Below, in pieces: positions 1 to 12,381 of a DNA stretch of 64,000 nucleotides. Position 1 is the first letter of the stretch. Every line of letters starts with the position of its first letter. The notes under the pieces were generated by a model that saw only the letters and a program-made list of their open reading frames with translations, was not told the DNA's origin and did not search any database. Source of the stretch: Camelus ferus. Lineage: Eukaryota. The stretch covers positions 52,948,001 through 53,012,000 of the forward strand of contig NC_045708.1 of NCBI RefSeq assembly GCF_009834535.1. The letters run 5' to 3'. A program made the position numbers and the translations under genes.

Positions 1-1577
1 CCTTTATTCTTCATACTAACAGTTAAAAAAAATTATAAATTCTAAATTTTTTAAGAATATACAGCTATACAGGAGCCTGGCTTTCTTTGTTGAAGATGTT
101 GAGGACTGATATTTCTTTCCCTTATTGATGCATCACTGTGATATTGAATGTGCAAGGAATTTGTAAACAGTGAAATTCTTTGTAACACTTACACATGCAT
201 TCTAGCTATCATTGTCTTAAAGATATTGAGATATTATATGAAAATATAGATCTTACCCATTGTGTAGTAGATTAACTAGCTGGCCCTTTAGCATGTTACA
301 TTGGAAGGAGAGAGAGAGACTGTGTGTGACCACAGGCATGATACTTAATCTCCGTAAACATCAATTTCTTCATCTGCAAAATGAAAATAGAGTATATACT
401 TCATCAGATTGTTTTGAGGAGTAAATAATATAACATGTAGCATGTATGAAGCACCTACTGTGATACAGAAGTGTTTTTTCTCTCAGCAAGTTCCCAAGGA
501 TGAAGAGATCAGCCTTAAGAAGGGACCGCAGTTGTAGGCAGTAGGCAGCCAGCGCCACACAAGGTACTTTGGCTCCTGAGGAAATTGGTTGGGAGAAGAA
601 TAAGTACTCATGTGAATGAGGAAGGTTCTAGAAGATGATTAAGGATATCTATTTTGCTGATTATTCAGGTTTTCCCAGAGCCAGCATAGCCAGCTGCAGT
701 AAGGGCATGCCTAGGTTCTTTTCAGAGTAGTCTGCTTGACTCTGAAAGGGCAAGAGAGACCAGGGCAGGGATCCCTTCTGCTCTGTCCTAGGATGCATGG
801 TGAATTACAACTTTATCATGGTCAAGGGCTACTTTGTATAATCCTTAATTTTTGGAAGGATTCTAAGGCAAATTGCATTTATTAAGTAATGATTCGGGTC
901 CCCTTTTAATGACGTGTATCTGTCAATCAGGATTTATGATTAAGTCCAAATAGTCTGTGCTTTTAGCTTTTATAGAGTTGACATAATCTGTCTTAAAAGT
1001 TGAAAGAAAGATAGCCTGTAGAGGTTTCTCTTAGGAAATAATAACTTATGATTTTCTTGTTTATTTGTTTGTTTGTTTATTGGAAGCACTGAATATAGCT
1101 TGTGGACCCCAAGGGTCTATGAACTAGGGTTTGTTACTATTGTCTACAAGTCATCGTACGTAAGATCTGTGCGTGCTGATTTGCTCAGGTTGGGACAGAG
1201 CCATTATGGCTAGTAATTGCTATCCCCAATACTCTCTGTACTCTTACCTTTATTTTTTTATAGCACTTATTTCCGCTTGTCCTTGTATGTTATGTTTCTG
1301 TTTACTGTCTATCTCCATGACAGCAGTGACTTTGTCTGTTGTTCTGTATCACCCTGACCTAGATCATTGCCAGGTACTCTGTATCTGTTTGTTGAATGAA
1401 GTGTTGGACGAACAATTGCCTCCCTGTAATAGCTACAATCTCCGTGTAGGTGCACTGGAGAAGTGCAGAGGAGGTCTCTATGGGGTTCTGTCTGTAGGAC
1501 CGGCGGTATGGTGCTGGGAACTGACTCAGTATCTTGGGCAGAAGATGCCGGTGTGAGCCCTGCCTTTTCCATGAGCA

Positions 1578-1690
1578 CTTAAGACATGACAATTGATCTT
1601 TCTGAGCCTTGGGTTTTGGATCTGTGAAAAGGGGATAATAATAATAAACCTCAGGGTTTCAGTAAAGATCAACTATAATAATGCATGCCC
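1578..1690 (+). mobile_element. MIR SINE fragment
   Basis: Degenerate MIR core ctgagccttgggttttggatctgtgaaaaggggataataata followed by a MIR-like tail. Confidence 0.55.
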
Positions 1691-1754
1691 CATTGCTTTG
1701 TGGACAGCGGATGTGTGTTATTAGCATGGCATCACTGGAAAAAGCAAGACATTT

Positions 1755-1900
1755 TGGACACAGTCCATATAGTTGTACTCTGACTCTAAAAGCTATATGA
1801 GTTTGGGTCAAACCTCTTACCTTTCCTAGGTCTCAATTCCTTCATCTGGAAGGGGAGTTTTTGTTAGTGATCCTGAACATCCCATCCAGCTGTGAAAGCC
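1755..1900 (+). mobile_element. MIR/MIR3-type SINE fragment
   Basis: cttacctttcctaggtctcaattccttcatctggaagggg resembles the MIR core (aacctctctgagcctcagtttcctcatctgtaaaatgg). Confidence 0.45.
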
Positions 1901-4223
1901 CACGTCACTGAGGACTATATTTTTCTTTGCACGTTCTTTCCTGAGGAGGGATTATGTAGGTGTTTCTCCAGTTTCTATGAAAATACCACAAAAGAGATTT
2001 AATGTTTTCTTCACTTTCCTTACCGCCATTAGGCATTGTCCTACTTAGAGTGACAAATTCGCCGTCTAACAGTGCTCAGCGTCTTTTACTACAACAGCCC
2101 ACAATGGCTACAAGGGGCACCCTTTCCCACATAATTACTGCTGTTGACGTGAAACTCAGCACATTTGACAGAGGTGGCTTGCTGTGATGGCAGAAAGGGT
2201 GCTGAGTTATACTGGAGTCCAGGTTTCACAGTCACATTATTCTGTCTTTGGAAAATGTGTCTTCCACCCCCGACTAAATGTGAGAAAGAAAACTGCCTTG
2301 CCTGTACAGAACATTCTACTTTCAGAGACACTCTGAGGAGATCGTGCATGACAGCCCTGGGCTGGATTTATGGGTGAGCTGTGCTTACCGGGGTGCATCT
2401 TACATCTTAGGCTGATGAATCCCATGGTTCATGTTAACATGTGTGGACTCTCCACACAGTGGAACCCAGGCCTTCCTCCAGGAGGCAGGCACTGAGGGCC
2501 AGGGGAGCTGCTGCGGTGCCCTGAGGGGCATGATACCATGCAGAGGATGCTGTTGTTAGAAAAGGAAACCTTTAGGGCGTCGACTTCTTATTTCCACGTA
2601 AGGGTTAGGTACTGCCCCTATACCTGTTTCAGATCATAGCTAGGGTTGTTAAACAGTGATTGGACATGAAGCTGTCAGACTAGGAGTGAATGTAGATAAA
2701 AGCTACTATGTTGGTGTCTGGCTGGGCAGTTACTTGGATTTTGGTGAGATAGATGGAGTGGTAGAGAGACTGCAAGGACCAACTGGAGTTTGAGTACCTT
2801 ATATTATAATTAATTAAAAGTGCTTTAAGGCTTACCATAATCTCATTCCAATTACAAGTCTGACTCCTTCTCATTTCTCCCCAGAAACTGATCCTTAATT
2901 CCAATCAGTCAAATCTTATAGCCTTTAATAAATCACATTGAATTTCATCTGTGTTGCTTTGCTCGAGTGATGCCTTTGGTTTAGCAAGGTCTCTCCTTTG
3001 CCCAATTCATCTTATTTCTGTATGTCTCTTTTGGTACAGATCCAGTCCTGCCTGCTTCATTGGACCCTACAAGCCATATAAATTTATCCTTTTTCTGAAC
3101 TATTAATATAGTTTATCCTCACTTGTTAGATTTAACTTCTTCATAGATTATATGGCCCTCTGATATCAGAGCACACTTTTTTTTTTTAAAAAAAAACTTC
3201 CAATGATTTCTAATGAAGTATTGGAAATATATTAAGTTCACACAGATTTCTTACTTATTGCTTGTAAGGGTCTAAATGATTTTTAACAATTGTTTTCTTA
3301 ATCTCTATGATCTCTACCCCTCAAATGAAAGCATCTTTGATTCCCCCAAACTGTCTTTCATTTATTTTGAACTCTCTTAAAAAAAAAATCTATCAAGAGC
3401 CATGTAAAGAGCCTAGTGCAGACCCTGGCATATATTAAATGCTCAGTAAATATTAGCTTTATCAATGTCACCTTCACTGGCTTTGTTTCTTGTGATTTAG
3501 TCTGTGTCAACATAGAATATGTTTCATGCTTAGTCTCCCCTAAACACACAAGCCCCTTCTGCAAGGTCTCAGGGAGGAAGGGTAGCCCTTATGCATTGTC
3601 TTCAAGGTCACTACTTTCTTTCTTTCTCTACCACCACCATAATACTTCTTTCTGCTAGTCAGTATTATTTTTAGCATCTTCTAAATTTATTTTCCAATTT
3701 AACCAATATACCAACCTCTCTCCCCATGGAATCTTCCACAACTCATGAGCTGTCTATGCTTAATAGCATTGCAAATTCATTAATACAACTATTATGAATG
3801 ATAATTATTTCAGACATTTTAAATGTATTTCTTTGTAAAATATGGTGAGATCTTTCAGTGATTCTGTTTTATGTACTTTATAGAATACATTCAAAGTCAT
3901 TTGCTTAGATTTTTTTCCCCTGACTGCTTCCTAATCATTCTTAATTAATTTTAGATGTAAACAGAGTGAGACATCTTTTCTGTTAAAAGAAATGTTATTT
4001 ACCATGAAAGCAGAGCATGCAACAGCTGGTTGAAAAGAACCCAAAATGAAAAATTATAACATTATAAATAGAAAGATTAAATTTTCTTTCTTATTAACTT
4101 GTTTTGGCTCTTGAAAGTAGCTTGCATTTCCTCTAGAAGTTGACTGGAGGGTGGGGGCAGAAAGACATAAGCTATATTAAGGGTGTCTTTATGCTGGAGA
4201 CAGTTAGATCTTTTTGGAATTTT

Positions 4224-4405
4224 GACTCTGCCATTCTCTAACTGAGTCATCTTGGACAATTTATTTAACGTCCCCGGGCCTCAGTTTTCTCATATGTAGA
4301 ATGGGTATAATATGGATGCAACCTACCTTATAAGGTTTTCATGTTTTTTCAATTAAATAATGCTTTTAAAAGACAACACAGTGCTCTAGAATATAGTAAG
4401 CACTT
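4224..4405 (+). mobile_element. MIR SINE
   Basis: cttggacaatttatttaacgtccccgggcctcagttttctcatatgtagaatgggtataat and tail acagtgctctagaatatagtaagcac. Confidence 0.75.
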
Positions 4406-4697
4406 GTTGCAACTCTGGAGTGATTGTGCCAGTTAGAAGAAAAATTTACTTATTTCATAGTCCATTAATATCTTGGGCTGCCATTCTCTGTAGCTTTGAA
4501 TTCACTGGAGCCACCCTAGCTACAGTTCTTTGGGAGTTGCAGGACTGGAATTTCATTAATTCAGCTGTTTTCCCAGTACCTGGTGAAGGAAGGGGGAGGT
4601 TCCCTATGAGAACTGGGAAGAAATGTGAGGAGAGTTAGCCATAAACACAATTATGAAGGAGACAATTCATGCTGTTTAGTGTCTTCGAGTTTACTTT

Positions 4698-5210
4698 TTC
4701 TTTTTTTTTTCCAAACATTTTTATTGAGTTATAGTCATTTTACAATGTTGTGTCATACTCCAGGGTAGAGCACAATTTTTCAGCTATACATGAACATACA
4801 TATATTCATTGTCACATTTTTTTCCGCTGTGAGCTACCACAAGATCTTGTATATGTTTCCCTGTGCTATACAGTATAATCTTGTTTATCTATTCTGCATA
4901 TGCCTGTCAGTATCTACAAATTTTGAAATCCCAGTCTGTCCCTTCCCCGTCTCCACTGGCAACCACAAGTTTGTATTCTATGTCTATGAGTCTGTTTCTA
5001 TTTTGTATTTATGTTCTTTTTTTTTTTTTTAGATTCCACATATGAGTGATCTTATATGGTATTTTTCTTTCTCTTTCTAGCTTACTTCACTTAGAATGAC
5101 ATTCTCCAGGGACATCCATGTTGCTGCAAGTGGCATTATGTTGTCGTTTTTTATGGATGAATAGTATTCCATTATATAAATATACCACATCTTCTTTATC
5201 CAGTCATCTG
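4698..5210 (-). mobile_element. 5'-truncated L1 (LINE-1) 3' end, young camelid-type subfamily
   Basis: Poly-T, then ttttattgagttatagtcattttacaatgttgtgtc, and the L1 3' block ttagattccacatatgagtgat...ccatgttgctgcaa...tttatccagtcatctg. Probable TSD tttacttt at 4690-4697 and 5213-5220. Confidence 0.9.
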
Positions 5211-5410
5211 CATTTACTTTATCTATGTCCATTGTTGAAAACTGCCATGTGCCTGGATGTGTGTCCTAGCAGCTGTAGTGAGTTCTAGGTTTGTCATTGA
5301 TTCAGTTTATAGACAGAGCTTCAAGCAGAAGATGGTAATGGGAAACTGTGGTGATAAAAAGACAACCAGTTCAGGCAAAGGATCAGGGAGCTCTAACCCA
5401 GAGTACTCTT

Positions 5411-5780
5411 TTATTCATGTACTTATTCATCCATGTATTTATTTATTCTTCCAATAATTTTCGAGGACCTTCCATGTTCTAGGTGCTGGTCTAGGTGCTT
5501 AGGATGTATAAGTTAGCAAAGATAGAATGCCCTGCTTGAGGTCTAGAAGAACATATACATACAATAAATGATAAGGGGAGTATGGGAAGACAGAAGAGTG
5601 TCTAGAAGGATATACTTCAGTCTATGGGTCATGGAAGACCTCCTGAAAGTAGTAGTATTTAAGCTGAGTAAGCGATAGCCCGGGGGAGTGAAGCTTGCTT
5701 CAAGGAGAGAAAATAGCACGTGAAAAGGCACAGGGACTTGCAAAAGCATGCTGAAAATCAGGGCCTGTTCGGCAGGCTGA
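5411..5780 (-). mobile_element. L2 LINE 3' fragment
   Basis: ttattcat...ccatgttctaggtgctggtctaggtgct matches the reverse complement of the L2 3' end. The downstream purine-rich degenerate sequence is typical of antisense L2. Confidence 0.6.
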
Positions 5781-6339
5781 CTTTTTGTCACCCCTTAAAA
5801 TGGATATTTAAAAACTATTCTTTCAATATTTACTTCTTGGGACCAAGGAGAAATTGATTTTTCTATTATGAAAAATTGTATGCAAAACACATTCACTTAG
5901 TAATTCACTTCAGCGGGGTCAAAGCAGAGTCAATATTGTGGAATTATTCAGTGAGATGTTCCCCGTTTTCTTCTCTTTCTTCATTTGTGTGTGTTTTGAA
6001 TCAGACAACTTCTTGGTAGGTTATTAAAATGCAAAATTTAGATAATAGCATAAACTACTCATCCCTGATAAATAACACGGTGCCACAAATGATTTGGTTT
6101 TGGAAACTCAACTTAACTGCCAACTTTCAGCTGTTAACTGTAAATATGTTTTGCAGAAATACTAAGTTAGTATGTCTGGGGGACAAGGAGAATATATTTA
6201 TTTACGTTTGAGGGAGCTGACTCCTTTTCCAGAAGCAACACCAGTGTACATTTTGCCAGTTAAACAAGGGGTTAAAGACCCAAGTTAGCAAGCCCAGTAT
6301 TTCTAATGTGCTCCAGTGTGGTCCAGTATAGCTGGTCCA

Positions 6340-6720
6340 GCCCCTACACAAGCTCTTCAGTAAATTAAGGGTGACTGGAGCATAAAGTGCAAAGGAGAGA
6401 ATGTGTGAGACAAGACTGAAAAGGTAAGTGGGGTCCATTTGTGAAGGTCCTTGTATGACGTTTGAGGAATCTGCAGTTTGTCTGTAAGAAATGTGAAACC
6501 ATTGAAATAGGGAAATGACAGCAAAATTTTTGATTTAGAGGGATCTTGTGGCAGTGTGAGCCAAGGCACTGGAGGGAAGCAAGAGTTGATAAAGGAAGAT
6601 ACATCAGTAGAACGTTAGGATAATCGAGGTAAGGAGTGATAGAAGATTGAAATTGGAGAGTGTCAGTAAGAGTGAAGGAGTAAAGGGAGTGTCTTGATAC
6701 ATGAAGCCGAGTAACTGGCA
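6340..6720 (-). mobile_element. L2 LINE fragment
   Basis: gtgactggagcataaagtgcaaaggagaga...aggtccttgtatgacgtttgaggaatctgcag...ggaaaccattgaa pattern of antisense L2. Confidence 0.5.
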
Positions 6721-7109
6721 GTATCAGAGGACGAATTATCAGGTGAACCTGTTGTCAGAGAACAAAGCCCCAGCCCCTAGACTGAAGTTCAGGGACAGGA
6801 CTCTGGTCCATGGTCGTGGGGCATGCGTGGCAAGGGTGAGGTGCGGCTTAATAGACAAGGTGTTAGGTTTTACAAACCTCCCTGATTAAAACAGGGATTC
6901 TGAAAATGAAACTGTCACGCCAAGTAGAGACTTTATTATAAGAAAAAGGGTATGAGAAAAAGGAGAGGAGTGATGTACAGAGAAAGATCCAGTTCAGTGA
7001 GGACGTGGATAGGTGAAGAATCTCGGTTGAGGGCCTTAATTGTCACACCCTTGTATCAACAGCTACTAGGGAAGAATTTGAGAGACTAGGATGCTAATAG
7101 CTGATAATG

Positions 7110-7440
7110 GCATAATGTTAATTCAGTCTTTGCCTCCTTCCAATTCGTTCTCTGCACAGCAGCAAGAATTCTTAAATAGAAACCTGATCATTCATTGCGT
7201 AAAACACATCAGGGTCTTTTTGGATAAAGACCAAAATCTTTGTTAGGGTTTATGCAGTCCTGCCTACTCTTAGCTTCTCTGCTTCTGGCCTCCCTTTGAG
7301 GCATTCCCCCACCCCCACCACCAGCCTTAGGGGTCAACCACCAGAGCCTTTTTTACATTTTTAAAAGAAATTCTAAATGACATTCTGCCTCTTCCAAGGC
7401 CTCCAGACATTCTGTATTCAGTGCTTTAGAACCCTCCTCT
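7110..7440 (+). mobile_element. L2 LINE fragment
   Basis: ccaattcgttctctgcacagcagcaagaattcttaaatagaaacctgatca...ggataaagaccaaaatcttt resembles sense L2 3' region. Confidence 0.55.
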
Positions 7441-7896
7441 CCCCTTCACGTACTTTTAAAGTTTTGTTATTTGTTTTTTATTTATGGTGCTGTAGAACTC
7501 TAAAATAGAGCTCAGGATACACACTAACTGGACAAGCCAGGAATCCGTGGATTGCTTTTAAGTACCCTGTAGCTATGCCTTAATTCAAAGCATTGTTTTT
7601 TTCTAGTGGTGGTGCTCAAGTCATCAGCAACAGAGAAACAGGCGTCTTTGAATAGGGATGGGCCTTCCTAGCATCCCTTAAGTTATACTGCTTAGGCATT
7701 TCCCCACTTTAAAGCAAAATGCTATCTTTGTTTGGCAAAGAACAAGTGGATAGAAAGGTCAAAAATGTACCTAAGCTATCATTTTGAGGGATGAGCCAGG
7801 GAGGGTAGGAAAGCTAGGTCACCTATGTTGAAGCAATGAAATCCCTAACTACAGCTATTCCTAAGCAGAAAGGAGATGTCTGGTAGATATTTTGCT

Positions 7897-7926
7897 AACA
7901 TGGGTTCTTTTTTTTTTTTTTTTTTT
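7897..7926 (+). repeat. Poly-T tract
   Basis: Uninterrupted T run after gggttc. Confidence 0.9.
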
Positions 7927-10425
7927 GAGACTATTAGTTGAAAGCTGAGATGTTCATTTTTCTCCTTGAATTTTCCCCCTTTTCTGTCCTCCACTCGAGC
8001 AGATAACAAATTTCATCCTTCCTCGCCACATGAAAGGTTTTTAGTAGGGTTTCCTGGCTTCCGTTTGCCCACTTGAGGATAATGAAATTTGAAGAGAGAG
8101 GAAATTGGTATCTCTGTGTGAAACCAGGAGAGACAGAAGGTTCCCCAAAGAAAAAAGAGCTTTCTCCAGGTCTGGGGGAGAAAACAGATCTGCTGGTCCT
8201 TGAACAGAGGGGATGTTCCCTTCCACCCTGGAGGCACCTAAGGATTTTGCAAGGTTTCAGGGGAAATCTCTAGATAATAAAACCCAGGTGGGTTAGTTGC
8301 CAAGCTTCAGGTCCTATTCTTGTTAAAAGTCCCCGCCCTTTGCATGGCATGGAAATGGCACACTGGTGGACTTGATGGGGTCGTGTGACTGCGGCAAAAT
8401 CTATTACCAATGTGAGCAGATACCTAGTGATCAATGTTCTAATGCCTGGACCTGGAGTAAGACCTTAGAACCTCGGCACAAACCTGGGGGGTGGGAGAAA
8501 GCCTGGAAATAACTGAGGTTGAATTCTCACCAACTCAATAGGACTGGGTACTCAGAATAGAAAGGAGACGATTTGCAGACAATAATGAAATGTGATTTTG
8601 TTTGTTTCTCTGATTAAGATTCATACTTGCCACATTAAGCAAATGAACAATAACAAAAAGAGCTATAGTCTTCCTATTTTGAGGGAATAGTTTATTTTTA
8701 TTTAATAAATTTTAAAATTTTGTGTTAAATGTGCGAAGTATTTCAAAGAGCTCAGCAATGAACTATCTACACTGCACTAACTAATCTCATCAGCAGCAGG
8801 CGGCTCTTAGCAGTATCTGGACGATAAGAGTAAGTAGTAAAGCCCAGTTCTAATCCATTCTGATAGTCACATCATGCTGCATGTGTCTGTGGAGGCTGCC
8901 CTCTTTTATCTGGAAGAAAAAAGTAACTCTGAGCACAACAACAAACAGTTGATCTGTTATCAGCAAAGAGTGATTATCTCAGTGAAGCACAAAAGTATTA
9001 CCTTAAACAGAGTAAGGCAGATACAGTGTGTGTTCCCCATAATAGGAGGAAAATGCAAAGACAATAGGTCTACCCTAACAGCATTCTGCTGTTGGGCTGG
9101 TAATACCAACTTTGCTGCGGTGGTGGAGAATTGATGGCAAACAAGGTGAAATTTGGAAATCAGAATGTTGACTACTTATTTTTGTGGCTTGATATTGAGA
9201 CAAGGTTTTTCTGTGTAATCGTTTTTACTTGGGAATTGTTTGTCATTTATTCCACTTTTTAAACAGTGTTTATTGAAGGCTCATTGTGGGCTAGGCCTGT
9301 TTTTCTTTTTAAAGAAAAGTTAACAATTTTATGATAATTTCAACTTAACCAAGTTACTATTCTAGCCTTTACACGAGACCTTTTAATCTAATTTCCTCTT
9401 TCTCCAGCAGTGTTGGTGTAACTTATTGTCATACCAACCACCATTTTGTCTCATATTTCTTTTTATATTCTATTTTCTCCCCTTCCTCAAGTACCCTACA
9501 ATTGGCTGCCTAAACGACTCCCACCATTAGCATTTTAAAGGACAAACTATCTGAGAAGTAAAAAATTCTATCCTCTTTCCTAAGAAATTATAAAGAATGT
9601 GCGGGCAGAAGGCATCTAGTATTTCAGGTAGAATTCTAAGCAGAAGACACCAACAGTGAAAGGATGTCTGTGAGGATTTGCATCAAAATAACCTTTAACT
9701 TTTTATTGCCATGGGCACTTCAGTTAATATACATCTCTTATGTCAGCTAGTTTTGGTATTGAATTACAATGGACATACATAAATATTTATTAGCTAAATG
9801 TTATTGTATTAGTCTAATTTTTCAATTAGAGAATGTCAGATAGTACATCTAAATAAATTCCAAGAACCATCAAAATGTTTTCAAACCACAAAAGTTCAGA
9901 TGGATCATTTTATGCGGGTAACGTTGCCTGGTTCCACAAAATTCAAGTAAAATAGACAACAGCACAGTGCTTTATAACATATTTCATATTTAATATTGTG
10001 TTTAAATTATATTTACATATTCTGTCATTACTTTACTAATAATTGCAGAAATTTTTGGTCCATTTCTAATACTTTTCATTTTCACATAAGATAAAACAGA
10101 ATTCATCAACTTTTAACAATAGGAAATTTCAATTCAAATTTCTATATATACAGAATATGAATATATGAAAGGAATATACTAATACTTACATATATATATC
10201 ATATATCAATACATAGTTTGCCTGCACTCCTAAATTGGTAATTTGTATTAATTGAATGTCCTCCTAAGGTAAAGCTCCAATTACTTTATTCTTATAATTT
10301 AGTAAATTTAGCTCAAAAAGAGCCACAAATATAGAATATGATTTTGCCAAAATCTTGGCAGGCTGATCAGGCACTGGGCTTCCTGCTTTTGGCTATGATC
10401 AGAAATTTGTTTTTAAGATTTTGTG

Positions 10426-11042
10426 TTTTTTTTTTTATTTTTTCAATTTAAGTACAGCCAATTACAGTGTGTCAACTTCTGGTGTACCGCACAATGTTCC
10501 AGTCATGCGTATACATACATATATTCAAATTCATATTCTTTTTCATTAAAGGTTATTATAAGATATTGAATATAGTTCCTTGTACTATACAGAAGAAATT
10601 TGTGTTTTTTTAAATCTATTTTTGTATATAGTGGCTAACATTTGCAAATCTCAAACTCCCCAATTTATCCCTTCCCACCCTCTTTCCCCCCATAATCATA
10701 AAATTGTTTACTATGTCTTGGAGTCTGTTTCTGTTTTGTAGATGAGTTCATTAGTGTTCTCTTTTTTTCCTTTTTTTTTTTTAGATTCCATATGTGAGTG
10801 ATATCATATGGTATTTTTCTTTCCCTTTCTGGCTTACTTCACTTAGTATGATCACCTCTAGGTCCATCCATGTTGCTGCAAATAGCATTATTTTATTCCT
10901 TTTTTATGGCCAAGTGGTGTTCCACTGCATAAATATACCACAACTTCTTTATCCAGTCATCTGTCGATGGACATTTAGGTTGTTTCCATGTCTCGGCTAT
11001 TGTATATAGTGCTGCTATGAACATGGGGTATATGTATCTTTT
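10426..11042 (-). mobile_element. 5'-truncated L1 3' end, second camelid-type subfamily
   Basis: Poly-T, then aagtacagccaattacagtgtgtcaacttctggtgtac, the shared L1 block ttagattccatatgtgagtgatatcatatgg...cagtcatctgtcgatggacatttaggttgtttccatgtc, and gctgctatgaacat. No clear TSD. Confidence 0.9.
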
Positions 11043-11831
11043 AAATGCTTCACCACCAAAGAGATTGCCAGGAAATTAAATGCTTTTAGATTGACCTTAT
11101 AAAATTGTAATCTCTCATTTTGCTTGTCCTGTTGGCATCAGAGCTTGTTGAGGGGGATGCTGCCATTGGAGGGCCCTGTGAGGTCATTCATGTCCAGTTC
11201 ACTCATCTGTCACATCCACGGAAGACTGCTGGCCTTACTTTCCATCTTCTGGGGCAATTTGCTATGTTCTGTTGCACCAGTTTTCAGCATCTAGCTGTTC
11301 CCCCTACTTATTCCTCTCTTACATCCCTGATGCTACTAGAATTCCTGGTGTTTTATTAACTTTAATTCATTTTTAGCTCACTTGTATAATATAGTTTCCC
11401 TCTGCTAAATATTATCCATTTGATAACCCCTCGTATTCAGTCTAAATAGGAAAATGTTTAGATAGACGTGCCTGAGAAATTGACATCTATAAGTTCATTT
11501 CCAGGATAATACATGGTTCCTAACAATACTGAATTGTAATGTTGTCAACATAATTCATGTAAAGAGGATAAATAATTTATTTTCACAGGCATAATTTTAT
11601 TTAGAAGAGATGACTGTCTTGGACTGGGCCCAACTGAGATAAGGAGGAGACTGGCAATGAAATGTGCTTATTTTCTCTAAGTCTACAAATCTTGGGGAAA
11701 TAATTTTCCTTTATCTTTTCATACATTATTTTTAATAGGTGATTTAGAATTTCAGTGTGAGGTTGCCATTTCTTAACAGACAAGGGGTGGATGTTTATCC
11801 CTACAATAGAAAGTGAAATAATGTTTTAAAA

Positions 11832-12060
11832 CAGGGGTTGGCAAATTGTAGACAGTGGCCAAATTTGGTCTGCAGCCTGTTTTTGTATGGCATGTGAGGC
11901 AATTTTCCTTTTTTACATTTTTAAAGGGTTGTAAATACACACATGCGTGCGCGCGCACACACACACACACACAAAAGAATATGCAACAGGGATCATATTT
12001 GGCCTGCAAAACCTAAAATACTTCCTACCTGGCCTTTTACAGAAAGTTTGTAGACTCCTG
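11832..12060. mobile_element. MER58-family hAT-Charlie MITE (MER58C-like)
   Basis: Termini caggggttggcaaatt...aaagtttgtagactcctg are imperfect inverted repeats. Perfect 8-bp TSD ttttaaaa at 11824-11831 and 12061-12068, as expected for hAT. Confidence 0.85.
11935..11973. repeat. Compound (CA)n/(GC)n alternating purine-pyrimidine microsatellite inside MER58
   Basis: atacacacatgcgtgcgcgcgcacacacacacacaca, 39 nt strictly alternating R/Y. Confidence 0.95.
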
Positions 12061-12139
12061 TTTTAAAATAACTGTAATAAAATGAGAATTTAACATATTT
12101 TCTATGTGACAGGTACATGAAATTTTGTGTACATTAGCT

Positions 12140-12300
12140 TATTGAAATCTCAGAGGAGGCTTATGTGTGTTGAGAGTTGAAGTATTGATCCCCTTTTGGA
12201 GATAAGAAAACTGAGACGTGAAAGGTTAATCCTACATACCTTTTTAGTGTCAGAGATAATATTTACACTAATGCAATTGGGACTAGAGATTGTACTGATA
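12140..12300 (-). mobile_element. MIR SINE fragment
   Basis: attgatccccttttggagataagaaaactgagacgtgaaaggttaa is the reverse-complement MIR core. Confidence 0.6.
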
Positions 12301-12342
12301 ACCACTATACTATACTGCCTCTGAATGTGATCTGACATTGTG

Positions 12343-12346
<4 letters not shown>

Positions 12347-12378
<32 letters not shown>
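12347..12378. repeat. (TG)16 microsatellite
   Basis: Perfect TG dinucleotide run. Confidence 0.95.

Positions 12379-12381
<3 letters not shown>

Noticed and set aside
6361-6429. Perfect donor AAG|gtaagt with upstream AG
   Set aside because: It lies inside an antisense L2 and all three frames contain stops. Similar stop-filled candidates at 31876-31902 (-) and about 61141-61217 (-) show such signals are common on both strands.
8331-8338. GC box ccccgccc (also gggcgg near 56244)
   Set aside because: Isolated single sites with no CpG island or initiator context.
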